A program made the translations under genes and the position numbers. From positions 47,141 to 111,140 of the IMG/VR virus record IMGVR_UViG_3300043499_000238: DNA of 64,000 nt, one strand, 5' to 3'. The first letter of the stretch is position 1. Each line of letters starts with the position of its first letter. This DNA comes from a virus. The notes below the pieces were generated by a model. That model had not been told where the DNA came from, made no database searches, and was given only the letters and a program-made list of their open reading frames with translations. Positions 17,563 to 26,943 of the stretch are shown piece by piece.

Positions 17563-18660
17563 GTGCCTCGGGTGGCCGAGCCACCTGGGCAGGCTGGGTC
17601 CACCCGTCTAGCCCGCGAGCACGTCGACCGTACGCGCGACCTGACAGCAGCGGCCGCTGCGCCGGGCGACACCAACGCTGCTGTCGACGCTCACCAGCAC
17701 GCCGTCAGTCGTGTGCAGGACCACGCCGGGCGCATGGGCGTCAACCTCGTTGACCTCCCGCCGATGAACCCCAAGCCGTTGCGGCCGGGACAGGTGAGCC
17801 AAGGCACGCTGTGGGACTCCCGCTCGATGAAGCCGTCGCCGGAGCACCAGTGGGCGGCGCACGGCTACTCCCCCGAGCGCCGCGACGCCATCGCCGCCGC
17901 GATCCCCAAGGTGGGTGTCTCGTCTTCCTTCTCGTACCCCGGCGGTAGCACGGGCGTGCCGTACACGGGCGAGGTCACTGGCGGTGTGTATCCGGCGATC
18001 GGTCAAGTCGGCGGCAAGCGCAAGAACCAGGTGGCTGCGACACGCAACTCGGTGGTCGACATCCTCGCTCGATCGACGGCGCCGTTGGGCGACATCGTCA
18101 ACGCCACGCCGGACATCAAGGTGCAGCCGATGGCGAGAGCGGCCGGTCAGCACCGCACGAAGATGCGCGGGTGGGAGGACGAGCCGTTCGTCCGTGAGAT
18201 CAAGCTCCACCCCGGTGGCGGCCCGGCGCGCACCCGTGCCCAGGTCGAGCACACCGTGCTCCACGAGTTCGGGCACAACGTCGACTTCGAGCGTGACCGT
18301 AAAGCCTTCACCACCAACGCACGATTCAACCTCCCGGCGGTGGAGGGGTTCGCCGAGGGCTACGCCGCCAAGCACCGGGTGGGGCGGCGCAACGAGCCAC
18401 CCGTTCCGTACTCCGGCGTTGCCGCCTACAAGAGCATGCACGGTCGCTCCTCGTTCGGTGAGAACTTCGAGCGTGCAAGCGGGCGATCGCTCCCTCAGGC
18501 GATGGGTGCGCAGAAGCATCTCGGTGAGCAGTGGTCGCAGGGCAAGCTCTTCACCGGATCGAGCGAGACCGGTTTCGTCAAGGATGAGAACGAGCCACTC
18601 CCCACGATCTCGAATGCCGAGTGGGACCACCTCACCGGGCGCAACCGTGCCCGCCGTTGA
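17563..18660 (+). CDS. Zincin-type metallopeptidase-like protein
   Basis: TVLHEFGHNVD (HExxH) and downstream VEGFAEGYA. Confidence 0.7.
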   Translation: MPRVAEPPGQAGSTRLAREHVDRTRDLTAAAAAPGDTNAAVDAHQHAVSRVQDHAGRMGVNLVDLPPMNPKPLRPGQVSQGTLWDSRSMKPSPEHQWAAHGYSPERRDAIAAAIPKVGVSSSFSYPGGSTGVPYTGEVTGGVYPAIGQVGGKRKNQVAATRNSVVDILARSTAPLGDIVNATPDIKVQPMARAAGQHRTKMRGWEDEPFVREIKLHPGGGPARTRAQVEHTVLHEFGHNVDFERDRKAFTTNARFNLPAVEGFAEGYAAKHRVGRRNEPPVPYSGVAAYKSMHGRSSFGENFERASGRSLPQAMGAQKHLGEQWSQGKLFTGSSETGFVKDENEPLPTISNAEWDHLTGRNRARR

Positions 18661-18961
18661 CCATCTCAACGGCGAGCTGTTCCACGGCACCGCTCACCCG
18701 TTCGAGCCGGGCGACATCGTCAGCCCCACCGACACCGAGCACACCGAGTTCCCGACGGCGTGGGCGACACCACGGATGGACGAGGCCAACCAGATCGCAC
18801 GGGCCAAGGTGCGTCGGCACAACCGTCGCAACCCCGACGACCCAGCCACCGAGCACGTCTTCGCCGTCGAGCACATGAGCAAGCCGGTCGATGTGTGGGG
18901 ACGAGCCAACGTCGCCGCAGACCCCGTTGGCTTCCGCGTACTACGTAGGGTTGGTCCGTGA
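18647..18961 (+). CDS. Small Arr-like ADP-ribosyltransferase-fold protein
   Basis: LFHGTAHPFEPGDIVSP...AWAT...HVFAVE...GFRVLRRV; 3' part of ORF 17915-18961, GTG start. Confidence 0.6.
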   Translation: MPAVDHLNGELFHGTAHPFEPGDIVSPTDTEHTEFPTAWATPRMDEANQIARAKVRRHNRRNPDDPATEHVFAVEHMSKPVDVWGRANVAADPVGFRVLRRVGP

Positions 18962-20649
18962 GCATCGCCTTCTGGCCTCCGAGCTACCGCGCCGGTACCT
19001 CGGACCTTGCCATCCAGATCTCGCCGCTCGGCCTGGTCGACCTCAGCAACGAGGAGATGGAGGTCCACGGCATCCGCCTCAGCAGGTACTCGCTCTACTG
19101 GGCGCACTACCTCGGCCACCACTGGGCGTACCGCCGTGAGGTCGGCGAGCCGCAGTTCACGTTCAACTACGTGCGGGCACTGAGCGACTACCTCACGAAC
19201 TTCACCTTCGGCCGTGGCGTCACCTTCCAGTCGCCGCCAGCGACCGCCGCCATCGTGCCCACACTCCTCAAGCGAGTGTGGGAGGGCGACAACCGCAAGG
19301 CCGCACTGCTGTGGGAGATGGGACAGATCGCCTCGGTAACCGGCGACCTCTTCGTCAAGGTGGCGTACGAAGACCCGTTCGTTGACCCGGCGGGACGGGT
19401 CCATCCTGGCCGGGTTCGGATACTCCCTCTGAACCCGGCCAACTGCTTCCCGCAATGGCACGAGCACGACCGCACACGGCTGCTCAGCTTCAAGCTCAAG
19501 TATCGCTTCTTCTCCACCGACCAGACCGGCACGCGCATCGTCAATACCTACGTCGAGCGCGTCACCGACAACGGCATCGAGGAGTACGTCAACGACGAGC
19601 TGATCTCGGCCCGCCCCAACCCGCTGGGCGTGATCCCGATCGTCTACATCCCCAACATCATGGTGAGCGGCTCACCGTGGGGACTGAGCGACATCGGCGA
19701 GGTGATCCCGCTCAACCGTGAGTACAACGAGAAGGCGATCGAGATCTCCGACATCGTCAACTACCACTCCGCTCCCGTCACGGTGATCACCGGGGCCAAG
19801 GTGCCGCAGTTGGAGAAGGGTGCGCGCAAGACGTGGTTCCTGCCCAAGGACGCCAAGGTCGAGACTCTGCAGTCCACCTGGCAGCTAGAGCACATGCTCG
19901 GCTACATGGAGGTCGTCAAGCGGGGCATGCACGAGATGACCGGCGTGCCGGAGCAAGCGCTCGGGCAGGTGCAGCCGATCAGCAACACCAGCGGCGTGGC
20001 GTTGGCGATCCAGTACGCGCCAACGATGCAGCGCTTCCGCATGAAGAAGAACAACTTCGAGACGGGCTTCCAACAGATCAACGAGCTGGTGCTCTTGACG
20101 CTGTTCCAGAAGGAACCCATGTCGATGCAGTTCAACCCCATGGAGGATCTCGCCCCCAAGCCGGGACAGCTCACAGCGCTCGATCCCGCTGACCCCAACA
20201 GCTACGAGACGTCGGTCTACTGGCCCGAGCCACTGCCGGTCGACGTGCTCGTCAAGCTCAACGAGATCGCACAGAAGATGCAGCTCGGCATCGAGTCCAA
20301 GCGCGGTGCGCTCGCCGACCTCGGTGAGGAGTTCCCCGACGCCAAGCTCGCCGAGATCTTCGCTGAGATCCTCGAAGACTCCAAGGATCAGGGTGCGTTG
20401 CAGCTCCAGAACAGCGCCATCCAGTCGGCGATCGTTGCGCTCACCGGCATGGTGCCCCAGGGCGGCGAGGTGGCCGACACCGGACAGCAGGGTGCCGACA
20501 GCGGCTCGCCTGACGCTGGTGGTACCGGCATCATGCCTGGTCTCGTGCTCGATCAGAACACGATGAACCTCATGAACGAGCTGACGACTCGGGCGTACCT
20601 GCCTCGCATGGGACAGTTCAGGAATCCCTCCAACGCAGGCATCGAGTAG
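18958..20649 (+). CDS. Portal protein (SPP1 gp6-like)
   Basis: 563 aa; NPLGVIPIVYIPN, WGLSDI, SNTSGVAL; position before scaffold and capsid. Confidence 0.9.
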   Translation: MSIAFWPPSYRAGTSDLAIQISPLGLVDLSNEEMEVHGIRLSRYSLYWAHYLGHHWAYRREVGEPQFTFNYVRALSDYLTNFTFGRGVTFQSPPATAAIVPTLLKRVWEGDNRKAALLWEMGQIASVTGDLFVKVAYEDPFVDPAGRVHPGRVRILPLNPANCFPQWHEHDRTRLLSFKLKYRFFSTDQTGTRIVNTYVERVTDNGIEEYVNDELISARPNPLGVIPIVYIPNIMVSGSPWGLSDIGEVIPLNREYNEKAIEISDIVNYHSAPVTVITGAKVPQLEKGARKTWFLPKDAKVETLQSTWQLEHMLGYMEVVKRGMHEMTGVPEQALGQVQPISNTSGVALAIQYAPTMQRFRMKKNNFETGFQQINELVLLTLFQKEPMSMQFNPMEDLAPKPGQLTALDPADPNSYETSVYWPEPLPVDVLVKLNEIAQKMQLGIESKRGALADLGEEFPDAKLAEIFAEILEDSKDQGALQLQNSAIQSAIVALTGMVPQGGEVADTGQQGADSGSPDAGGTGIMPGLVLDQNTMNLMNELTTRAYLPRMGQFRNPSNAGIE

Positions 20650-20719
20650 CGTTCGACCTCTTCACGCTGGGTAGATAACCTCTACTGGCACAACGTCGAA
20701 CCACCGCCGGAGGCTTTCA

Positions 20720-21577
20720 ATGTCGGACAGCAACACCATCCAGGTCGATCAGACGGGTGGGCAGCCCGCCAACAGCACAGGTGGTGCCAATCCGCTCAGT
20801 ACCGGCAACGGCTTCCTCACTGGTGTGCAGCCCGCTGCACAGCCGGGGAGTGTGACGCAGACCAACCCGCAGGGTCTGTCGGCGGCCGAGCTGGCGTTGG
20901 TTCAGCAGCACGCCGCCCAGGCTGCTCAGGCCGCCGTCGCACCGCAGGGCGAGACGCTCGCCGAGATGCAACAGCGCATGGCCGCCATGCAGACCGAGCT
21001 GGACGCCGCCCGTACCGCTCGTGAAGCGTCCGAGGCCGAGGCCGCTGCTGCCGAGCAGGCCCGCCTCGATGCCGAGCGTGCCGCCGCCGAGAGCACCATG
21101 TCGGCCACCGAGCTGGTCGGTCAGGTGCGTGCCGAGATGCAGGCCGAGTTCGCCGCGATCCAAGAGCGCGCCGCCGCCAGCGAGGCGCTGCTCGAACGTG
21201 AGCGTCGGTACAGCGCACTGCAGGACTACAAGGCGCAGCGTCTCGCCGACCCCGAGATCGCCGCCGCCGTGATGCCGCACCTCCACCCGTACATCGTTGG
21301 TGGCAGCGAGCAGGAGATCGAGGAAGCGATCGCTCGGGCGGCGCAGACGTCCAGCAGCATCGTGGCCGAGTTCCAGCAGTACCAGCAGCAGTACCGCCAG
21401 CAGGCACCCGGCGTGTCGCCGACGGCGCCGACGACCGGCCCGCTGGAGCAGCAGCAGTCGACGCGCCCGATGAGCGCACAGGAGATCGCGGCGCTCCCCG
21501 ACGCCGAGTACGCACGGCTGCGGCCACAGTTGCTGCGCGCTGCGGGACAGCAGTTCCGCGCCCAGCGCGGAGGCTGA
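20720..21577 (+). CDS. Capsid scaffolding protein
   Basis: A/E/Q coiled coil, C-terminal 'IAALPDAEYARLR', directly upstream of MCP. Confidence 0.8.
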   Translation: MSDSNTIQVDQTGGQPANSTGGANPLSTGNGFLTGVQPAAQPGSVTQTNPQGLSAAELALVQQHAAQAAQAAVAPQGETLAEMQQRMAAMQTELDAARTAREASEAEAAAAEQARLDAERAAAESTMSATELVGQVRAEMQAEFAAIQERAAASEALLERERRYSALQDYKAQRLADPEIAAAVMPHLHPYIVGGSEQEIEEAIARAAQTSSSIVAEFQQYQQQYRQQAPGVSPTAPTTGPLEQQQSTRPMSAQEIAALPDAEYARLRPQLLRAAGQQFRAQRGG

Positions 21578-21605
21578 TAGCTCCCGTCGTACGAAAGGGT
21601 CGAAC

Positions 21606-21663
21606 TACTGTCTCTTGTAGGTCAGCAGCTCGTCTGATCGTCGCGACCTTCAAGGAGTAACTC
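21606..21663 (+). promoter_or_regulatory. MCP promoter (TACTGT) and hairpin leader abutting the AAGGAG RBS
   Basis: CTTGTAGGTC...GACCTTCAAG stem overlaps the RBS. Confidence 0.45.
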
Positions 21664-22791
21664 ATGCCCGATATCTCAGGTGGCATCTCGGGTACTGGCA
21701 ACCTGTACTCGGGTGTGTCCGGTGGATCCAACCCGGCTGCCGTCCCGGTTGGTGGTGCCTTCCTCGGGGTGCAAGTGCCACCCGCCCCCAGCGGTCTCGT
21801 GACCCAGGGCTATCCGCAGGGGACGGCGATCACCGGCTCCACGACGATGACCCCCGCGGTCCAGACGATCTGGTCCAAGGAGATCCTCTTCCAGGCGATG
21901 CCCATCCTGAGGTTCGAGCAGTTCGCGGTCAAGAAGACCGAGCTGGGCGTCACCCCCGGCCTGACCGTGAACTTCATGAAGTACAACAACCTTGACGTCG
22001 ACAGCGTCAACGGTGCGACCCTCACCGAAGGCATCCGCATGAGCACTCGTGCGCTGTCGGCCTTCCAGTTCCGCATCACGGTCGCCGAGCAGGGCACCGC
22101 CGTCGCCGTCTCCGAGCTGCTGCTGCACGCCTCGTTCGATGACGTGATGGCCTCGGCCTCTCGCCTGCTCGGGCGCCACATGGCGCAGTCGATGGACTAC
22201 CAGGCCCGCAACACGCTGATGCTGGCGCCGGGGTCCGAGGTCTACGGCTACGACGACGCCGCCCCCTGGCAGGGCGCCTCGACCAACATCTACGAGCCGG
22301 GCACCAAGGCGGCCAACGCCGCCGCAGTGACCGGCGCCGTGGCCGCCACCAACAAGTACTACCTCACCCCGCACACGGTGAAGGACGCAGTGCAGGCGCT
22401 GGCGTCGCTCAACATCCCCCGCCTCGGCGAGACGTACGTCATGTTCGCCCACCCGGCGCAGGCCCGCCGGTTGCGTGACTCCCCCGAGTTCATCGAGGTC
22501 ACGAAGTACGCCGCCCCCGGCAACTTCATGCTCGGCGAGATCGGCCGCCTGTGGGACGTCGTCATCATCGAGACCACGCAGGTCAACTACGCCGCTGCGG
22601 GTGCGGGCAACAACTACTACGACGGGATCATGATCGGCGACAACGCCTTCGGTCACGCCGTGTCGTTGCCGGTCGAGCTTCGCGATGGCGGAGTCCTCGA
22701 CTTCGGGCGTGAGCACGCTCTGGCGTGGTACGCCATTTGGGGTTGGGGTTCGATCACGCCGCAGGCCGTGGTCCGCGTCCTGACGAACTGA
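21664..22791 (+). CDS. Major capsid protein (N4-gp56-like, HK97 fold)
   Basis: 375 aa; LTEG, EQGTAVAVSE, GEIGRLWDVVIIETT, DFGREHALAWYAIWG. Confidence 0.92.
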   Translation: MPDISGGISGTGNLYSGVSGGSNPAAVPVGGAFLGVQVPPAPSGLVTQGYPQGTAITGSTTMTPAVQTIWSKEILFQAMPILRFEQFAVKKTELGVTPGLTVNFMKYNNLDVDSVNGATLTEGIRMSTRALSAFQFRITVAEQGTAVAVSELLLHASFDDVMASASRLLGRHMAQSMDYQARNTLMLAPGSEVYGYDDAAPWQGASTNIYEPGTKAANAAAVTGAVAATNKYYLTPHTVKDAVQALASLNIPRLGETYVMFAHPAQARRLRDSPEFIEVTKYAAPGNFMLGEIGRLWDVVIIETTQVNYAAAGAGNNYYDGIMIGDNAFGHAVSLPVELRDGGVLDFGREHALAWYAIWGWGSITPQAVVRVLTN

Positions 22792-22818
22792 ACCCCTACC
22801 AAGCCCTCAGGGGTTGAG

Positions 22819-22848
22819 GACGGAGCGCCCCTTCGGGGGCGCTCTGTC
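22819..22848 (+). terminator. Terminator hairpin after MCP
   Basis: GACGGAGCGCCCC-TTCG-GGGGCGCTCTGTC. Confidence 0.8.
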
Positions 22849-22863
22849 GCGTACCGTGGAGGT

Positions 22864-23373
22864 GTGGCCGCCAGCGATCACGTCAACCCTGATCAGCTCC
22901 AGCTCTTCATGACGGGCACGGAGTTGAAGGGTGCGATCACCGACTCGATCGACCGCAATCCGCTCGGTGGCTTCGGCGGCACGATGGACAAGATGTGGGC
23001 GACCAAGCTGCGCCAGTCCAAGCGCCCCGCCGACCATCCCGGCCATGGTGCTGGCATCTACCAGTCGATGAAGCAGCACGGGTGGAACCCACCCGAGCAG
23101 GTGTGGGGTGACGAGGCTCCTGGGTGGGACAACGCAGGCTTCGAGATCAACCACGTCCGCAAGTACGGAGGCATCCCCGAGTGGGACCGTACCGAGGTCT
23201 CTGTCACGGGCGCCCACCACCGCATCGCTGCGGCCGCCGACATCGAGGCCAAGACCGCTGGCACGAAGAGGCCGCGCACGATCTACTTCCCGACGGCCAA
23301 CAACCAGTACGAGCACCCGTCGATCATCCCGCCAGATCGCACGCCAGCGAAGAGCGATCGCCTTGCCCGCTGA
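22864..23373 (+). CDS. ParB/Srx-like protein with N-terminal DHVNPDQLQLF tag
   Basis: IYQSMKQHGW...VTGAHHRIAAA resembles the ParB GHHR motif. Confidence 0.6.
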   Translation: MAASDHVNPDQLQLFMTGTELKGAITDSIDRNPLGGFGGTMDKMWATKLRQSKRPADHPGHGAGIYQSMKQHGWNPPEQVWGDEAPGWDNAGFEINHVRKYGGIPEWDRTEVSVTGAHHRIAAAADIEAKTAGTKRPRTIYFPTANNQYEHPSIIPPDRTPAKSDRLAR

Positions 23374-23701
23374 CGAACACCTCGGGCTGCAGTTCGACTA
23401 CGACAACCCCGAGCTGGGCACAGCGAAGGTCGTCCACCGGGTCACAGCGAGAGCAGGCCCACTGTTGAACGAGGTGGGGCGGATGCTCTGGAACAGTCGC
23501 AGCATCCTCAACATCGACGTCGATCCGCAGCACGCACGTCGTGGGGTGGCGACATCGATGTGGAACGAAGGTCACCGGCTCGCCGAGCAGAACGCTCGCG
23601 TCCCCGCACCCAAGCACTCACCCGATCGCACAGCGATGGGCGATGCATGGGCGCGCTCGGTCGGAGGGCAGCTTCCCCGGCGCAAGAGAGACGCTGGTTA
23701 G
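23363..23701 (+). CDS. GNAT acetyltransferase with N-terminal EHLGLQF tag
   Basis: ILNIDVDPQHARRGVATSMW (motif A); TTG start in the frame of ORF 23108-23701. Confidence 0.75.
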   Translation: MPADEHLGLQFDYDNPELGTAKVVHRVTARAGPLLNEVGRMLWNSRSILNIDVDPQHARRGVATSMWNEGHRLAEQNARVPAPKHSPDRTAMGDAWARSVGGQLPRRKRDAG

Positions 23702-23711
23702 AGTTGGCCTG

Positions 23712-24119
23712 ATGCCACCCCGAGCACGTACCCCAGCAACACCCGCAGAAGTCGAAGTCGAGGTGACGCCTCCCGACGACCTTGGTCCCTCGGGTGTGCG
23801 CAGCCTGGAGCCGGAGCCTGACCCCGAGACGGACTACGACGGCGTGGACGAGGTCGAGCAGCCGCGCGATGACATCGCCACCACGCAGAACTTCTACGGA
23901 GGGCACCCCACGCAGGGTGTCAACGAGGTGGTCGAGATCCAGCCGGAGATCCTCGAAGGTGACGAACCGACGTACCGCATCCGCCTGACCCAGGACATCG
24001 ACACGATCTTCATCGGCATCGACAACCCGATCCCACCGATGAAGAAGGACGTCCTCTACGAGGTCAACCAGCGCGTCTACGACTACCTCCTGCCCAAGGG
24101 CTTGATTCAAGGGAAGTGA
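23712..24119 (+). CDS. Hypothetical acidic head-associated protein
   Basis: TAGAGT-7-ATG. Confidence 0.7.
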   Translation: MPPRARTPATPAEVEVEVTPPDDLGPSGVRSLEPEPDPETDYDGVDEVEQPRDDIATTQNFYGGHPTQGVNEVVEIQPEILEGDEPTYRIRLTQDIDTIFIGIDNPIPPMKKDVLYEVNQRVYDYLLPKGLIQGK

Positions 24120-24122
24120 CCA

Positions 24123-24464
24123 ATGGCCAAGACATCCGCCAGCAACGATGAGCCGACCGGCGAAGAGGTCGACGCTCCAGAGCAGACCGACGCTCCGCCC
24201 GAGGAGACTCCGCCGGAGGGCGAGGAAGCAGAGCAGGCCACCGAGAGCGAGCCGCAGGCGGCGACGTTCGAGCTGCCGCCCACGCTCAAGGACGCCGGTC
24301 TCAACGGCGTCGTCGCCACGTCGTCGGGTCAGTACAGCACGCCCGGCGGTTCGAGCTTCTTCCTCACCCCGGGGCAGGGCTATGCCATGTCGCCCGAGGA
24401 CGCACAGGCGTTGATCGACATGGGTGTGGCCAAGGCTCTGGATGACACCAGCGCTCCGACCTGA
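24123..24464 (+). CDS. Hypothetical acidic protein
   Basis: ORF in operon. Confidence 0.7.
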   Translation: MAKTSASNDEPTGEEVDAPEQTDAPPEETPPEGEEAEQATESEPQAATFELPPTLKDAGLNGVVATSSGQYSTPGGSSFFLTPGQGYAMSPEDAQALIDMGVAKALDDTSAPT

Positions 24465-25903
24465 TGCCCTACAACGTCCCCAACGGCCCCGACGTACCCG
24501 TCGTAGATCTCGCCGAGCCTGACTCGGGGGACTTCCTCGCGCTCGGCTACCAGCGCACGGGAGTGGTGTCAGGGGGCACGGTGACCCAGTCGGGGTCGCC
24601 GAACATGACGGTGTTGGTGGCGGCTGCCGAGATCGTCATCGAGGGCGTGCCGATCACCAAGACCGCAGGGTCGGTGGTGCTCGATGCCTCTACGGCCAGC
24701 CCGCGCTTCGACCTCATCGGTTGGAACGTGGCTGGCGCCCCGGTGGCGATCAAGGGCACGCCGTCCAACAACCCGTCGTTCCCGGTGTTCGACCCGTCGG
24801 TGTTCTGCGTGACGGCGGCGATCTACGTGACCGCCGGTACGTCGACCATCACGTCGCCGTACATCGTGCAGAAGCAGGTGGTCCCACCGCTCGCCCTGCG
24901 CCGCCACTACGCCAACGACACCGACATCGTCATCGAGTCGACCACGCCGATGCGTGGTGCCAACGCCTTCCGCCTGCTCGCCAGCGGCGCAATGCAGTGG
25001 CTCTCCAGCACGCTCGCCTCGATCAACGAGACGGTGATGGAGATGGTGGCGACGCTGCAGATCCGCCAGACCGCCAACACCGACAAGGCGTTGATCCTCA
25101 AGGTCACCGGGACGGGCGTCAAGGGCAACAACATCTTCGAGGTGCAGGGCGCCTCGGCGCTCGCGCCGCTCGTCGGCATCGACACCATCGGTCGCTTCTT
25201 CGCCACCAACCTCCGCGTTGGCAACGGCTCGCCCGAGGGAGCGGTCACCGCTGATGCTGGCACGCTGTTCATCAACGAGGCGCCGACCGACGCCAACACG
25301 GCGTTGTACGTCAAGCTCACCAACGGCGTCGCCACCGGGTGGGCTGCGCTCGGTGCGTTCGTACCGTCGTCGCAGGCGGTGCCCGTTGGCACGGTGATCG
25401 CCTGGCCGGGTGTGCTCGTCTCGATGCCCGTCGGCTACCTCTACTGCGACGGCACCGAGTACGCCTCGTCCGCCTACACCGCTCTGTCGGACTGGTGCGC
25501 CGGTCGCTTCGGTGCGGCCGCCGTCGGCAACTTCAAGCTGCCCGACTACCGCGGCCGCACGCTGTTCGGTGTGGAGGGCACGCTGGCCACGGCGCCCGGT
25601 ACCAACGTCGGCGCAGACACGGTCACGCTCACGCTCGACCAGATCCCGTCGCACACGCACCCGACGACCGAGACGCCTCACGGCCACGCTCAGGACGGCG
25701 CCTACCTCTACAAGGTCGACCAGGTGTACAGCCCGCCGTGGAACATCGACCACAACGACAGCACCGGTCTCGGTGTCGGCGTCGAGGCCAACGACTCGGA
25801 CCACACGATCGAGACCGGTCTCACCGTGCAGGCGGTGGGTGGCGGCCAGCCCTTCTCGACCTACCAGCCGTCGCAGTCGACCTACTGGATCATCAAGACG
25901 TAG
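24464..25903 (+). CDS. Fibre protein with tail-collar domain
   Basis: VPVGTVIAWPG...GYLYCDG...FKLPDYRGR...TLTLDQIPSHTH...YWIIKT. Confidence 0.85.
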   Translation: MPYNVPNGPDVPVVDLAEPDSGDFLALGYQRTGVVSGGTVTQSGSPNMTVLVAAAEIVIEGVPITKTAGSVVLDASTASPRFDLIGWNVAGAPVAIKGTPSNNPSFPVFDPSVFCVTAAIYVTAGTSTITSPYIVQKQVVPPLALRRHYANDTDIVIESTTPMRGANAFRLLASGAMQWLSSTLASINETVMEMVATLQIRQTANTDKALILKVTGTGVKGNNIFEVQGASALAPLVGIDTIGRFFATNLRVGNGSPEGAVTADAGTLFINEAPTDANTALYVKLTNGVATGWAALGAFVPSSQAVPVGTVIAWPGVLVSMPVGYLYCDGTEYASSAYTALSDWCAGRFGAAAVGNFKLPDYRGRTLFGVEGTLATAPGTNVGADTVTLTLDQIPSHTHPTTETPHGHAQDGAYLYKVDQVYSPPWNIDHNDSTGLGVGVEANDSDHTIETGLTVQAVGGGQPFSTYQPSQSTYWIIKT

Positions 25904-26067
25904 TGGCTGGCTTCGAGCGCTTCTTCGGTCACCGCGACGCTGTCGACGGGATGCTCTACACCGGCAAGAGCGACGACCCCACCGACCCCGGCACCGACAA
26001 CTTCGAGCCGGGCTTGGCCAAGATGGTCGACGTCGCCCAGTCGGACGACACGCTCGACAGGGACTGA
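25903..26067 (+). CDS. Small hypothetical protein
   Basis: TAGTG overlap; MAGFERFFGHRDAV... Confidence 0.55.
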   Translation: MAGFERFFGHRDAVDGMLYTGKSDDPTDPGTDNFEPGLAKMVDVAQSDDTLDRD

Positions 26068-26081
26068 TCTAGCCTGGCCTC

Positions 26082-26942
26082 ATGGGCCGTACCATCGAGT
26101 CGCTGATGGTCGACGCTCGCTCCTGGCTGCGTGACTTCCCGACCTACTTCACCGCCACCTCGTCGGCGACGGCGGCGTCGCACCGCACGATCGAGCTGCC
26201 TCACAAGAACATCCTGTACGCCGGGCTGGCCGTGTGGGCCACCGACGGCACGACGACCTGGCAGGGCGTGCTCGATGACCACGAGGTGACCGTGGCGGCC
26301 GCCGAGTTCGGCTACCAGCTCGATGAGCGCAACGGGCTGCTGCGCATCACCACCACGCCGACGACGACCCCGTTCACGAACACCACGCACATCAACGTCG
26401 AGGGCTACTACGTCGAGTGGGTCGCTGACCCCGACCTCAAGTTCCACACCGTCAACACGATCGCCGAGTACGGCTACGGCAACCCGAGCTGGACCCTGGA
26501 GACGATCGGAGACGTCGAGGCCGACCTCGTCTCACTGCGCTCCGCAGTCGATGCGATGTACGCCCTGCTGGTCGAGTACTCGCGCGACATCGACGTGTCG
26601 ACGCCGCAGGCGATGCACATCCCGGCGACGCAGCGCTTCCATCAGGTGAACGCTCTGCTGTTCGGGCCGGGCGGCCTCAACGAGAAGCTCAAGGAGAAGG
26701 AGAACATGCTCGGCGTCGGCCTGGGGGCCGCCGAGGTGGGCACCCTGCGCCGTGTGAGCAAGACCACCAACCGGCTCGTGCCGGTGTACGTGGTGCGCGA
26801 GTACGACGACATCTCGCGACCGCGGCGCCTCTTCACCGAGCCGGACACGCCGGGCCAGTTCACGCCGCCCGCTGGCTTCGTACCGGGGCGCGCCGTGATC
26901 GCTGCGCAGGGTGGCACCTTCCCCGACGAGCCGAACCCGTGA
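26082..26942 (+). CDS. Putative head-tail adaptor/neck protein
   Basis: Position; TAGCCT-6-ATG. Confidence 0.6.
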   Translation: MGRTIESLMVDARSWLRDFPTYFTATSSATAASHRTIELPHKNILYAGLAVWATDGTTTWQGVLDDHEVTVAAAEFGYQLDERNGLLRITTTPTTTPFTNTTHINVEGYYVEWVADPDLKFHTVNTIAEYGYGNPSWTLETIGDVEADLVSLRSAVDAMYALLVEYSRDIDVSTPQAMHIPATQRFHQVNALLFGPGGLNEKLKEKENMLGVGLGAAEVGTLRRVSKTTNRLVPVYVVREYDDISRPRRLFTEPDTPGQFTPPAGFVPGRAVIAAQGGTFPDEPNP

Positions 26943-26943
26943 G

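Noticed and set aside
18647-18961. Rifampicin resistance gene arr
   Set aside because: Only the HGT-type fold motif is shared; the protein is short, divergent and in a virion context, so the substrate is unknown.
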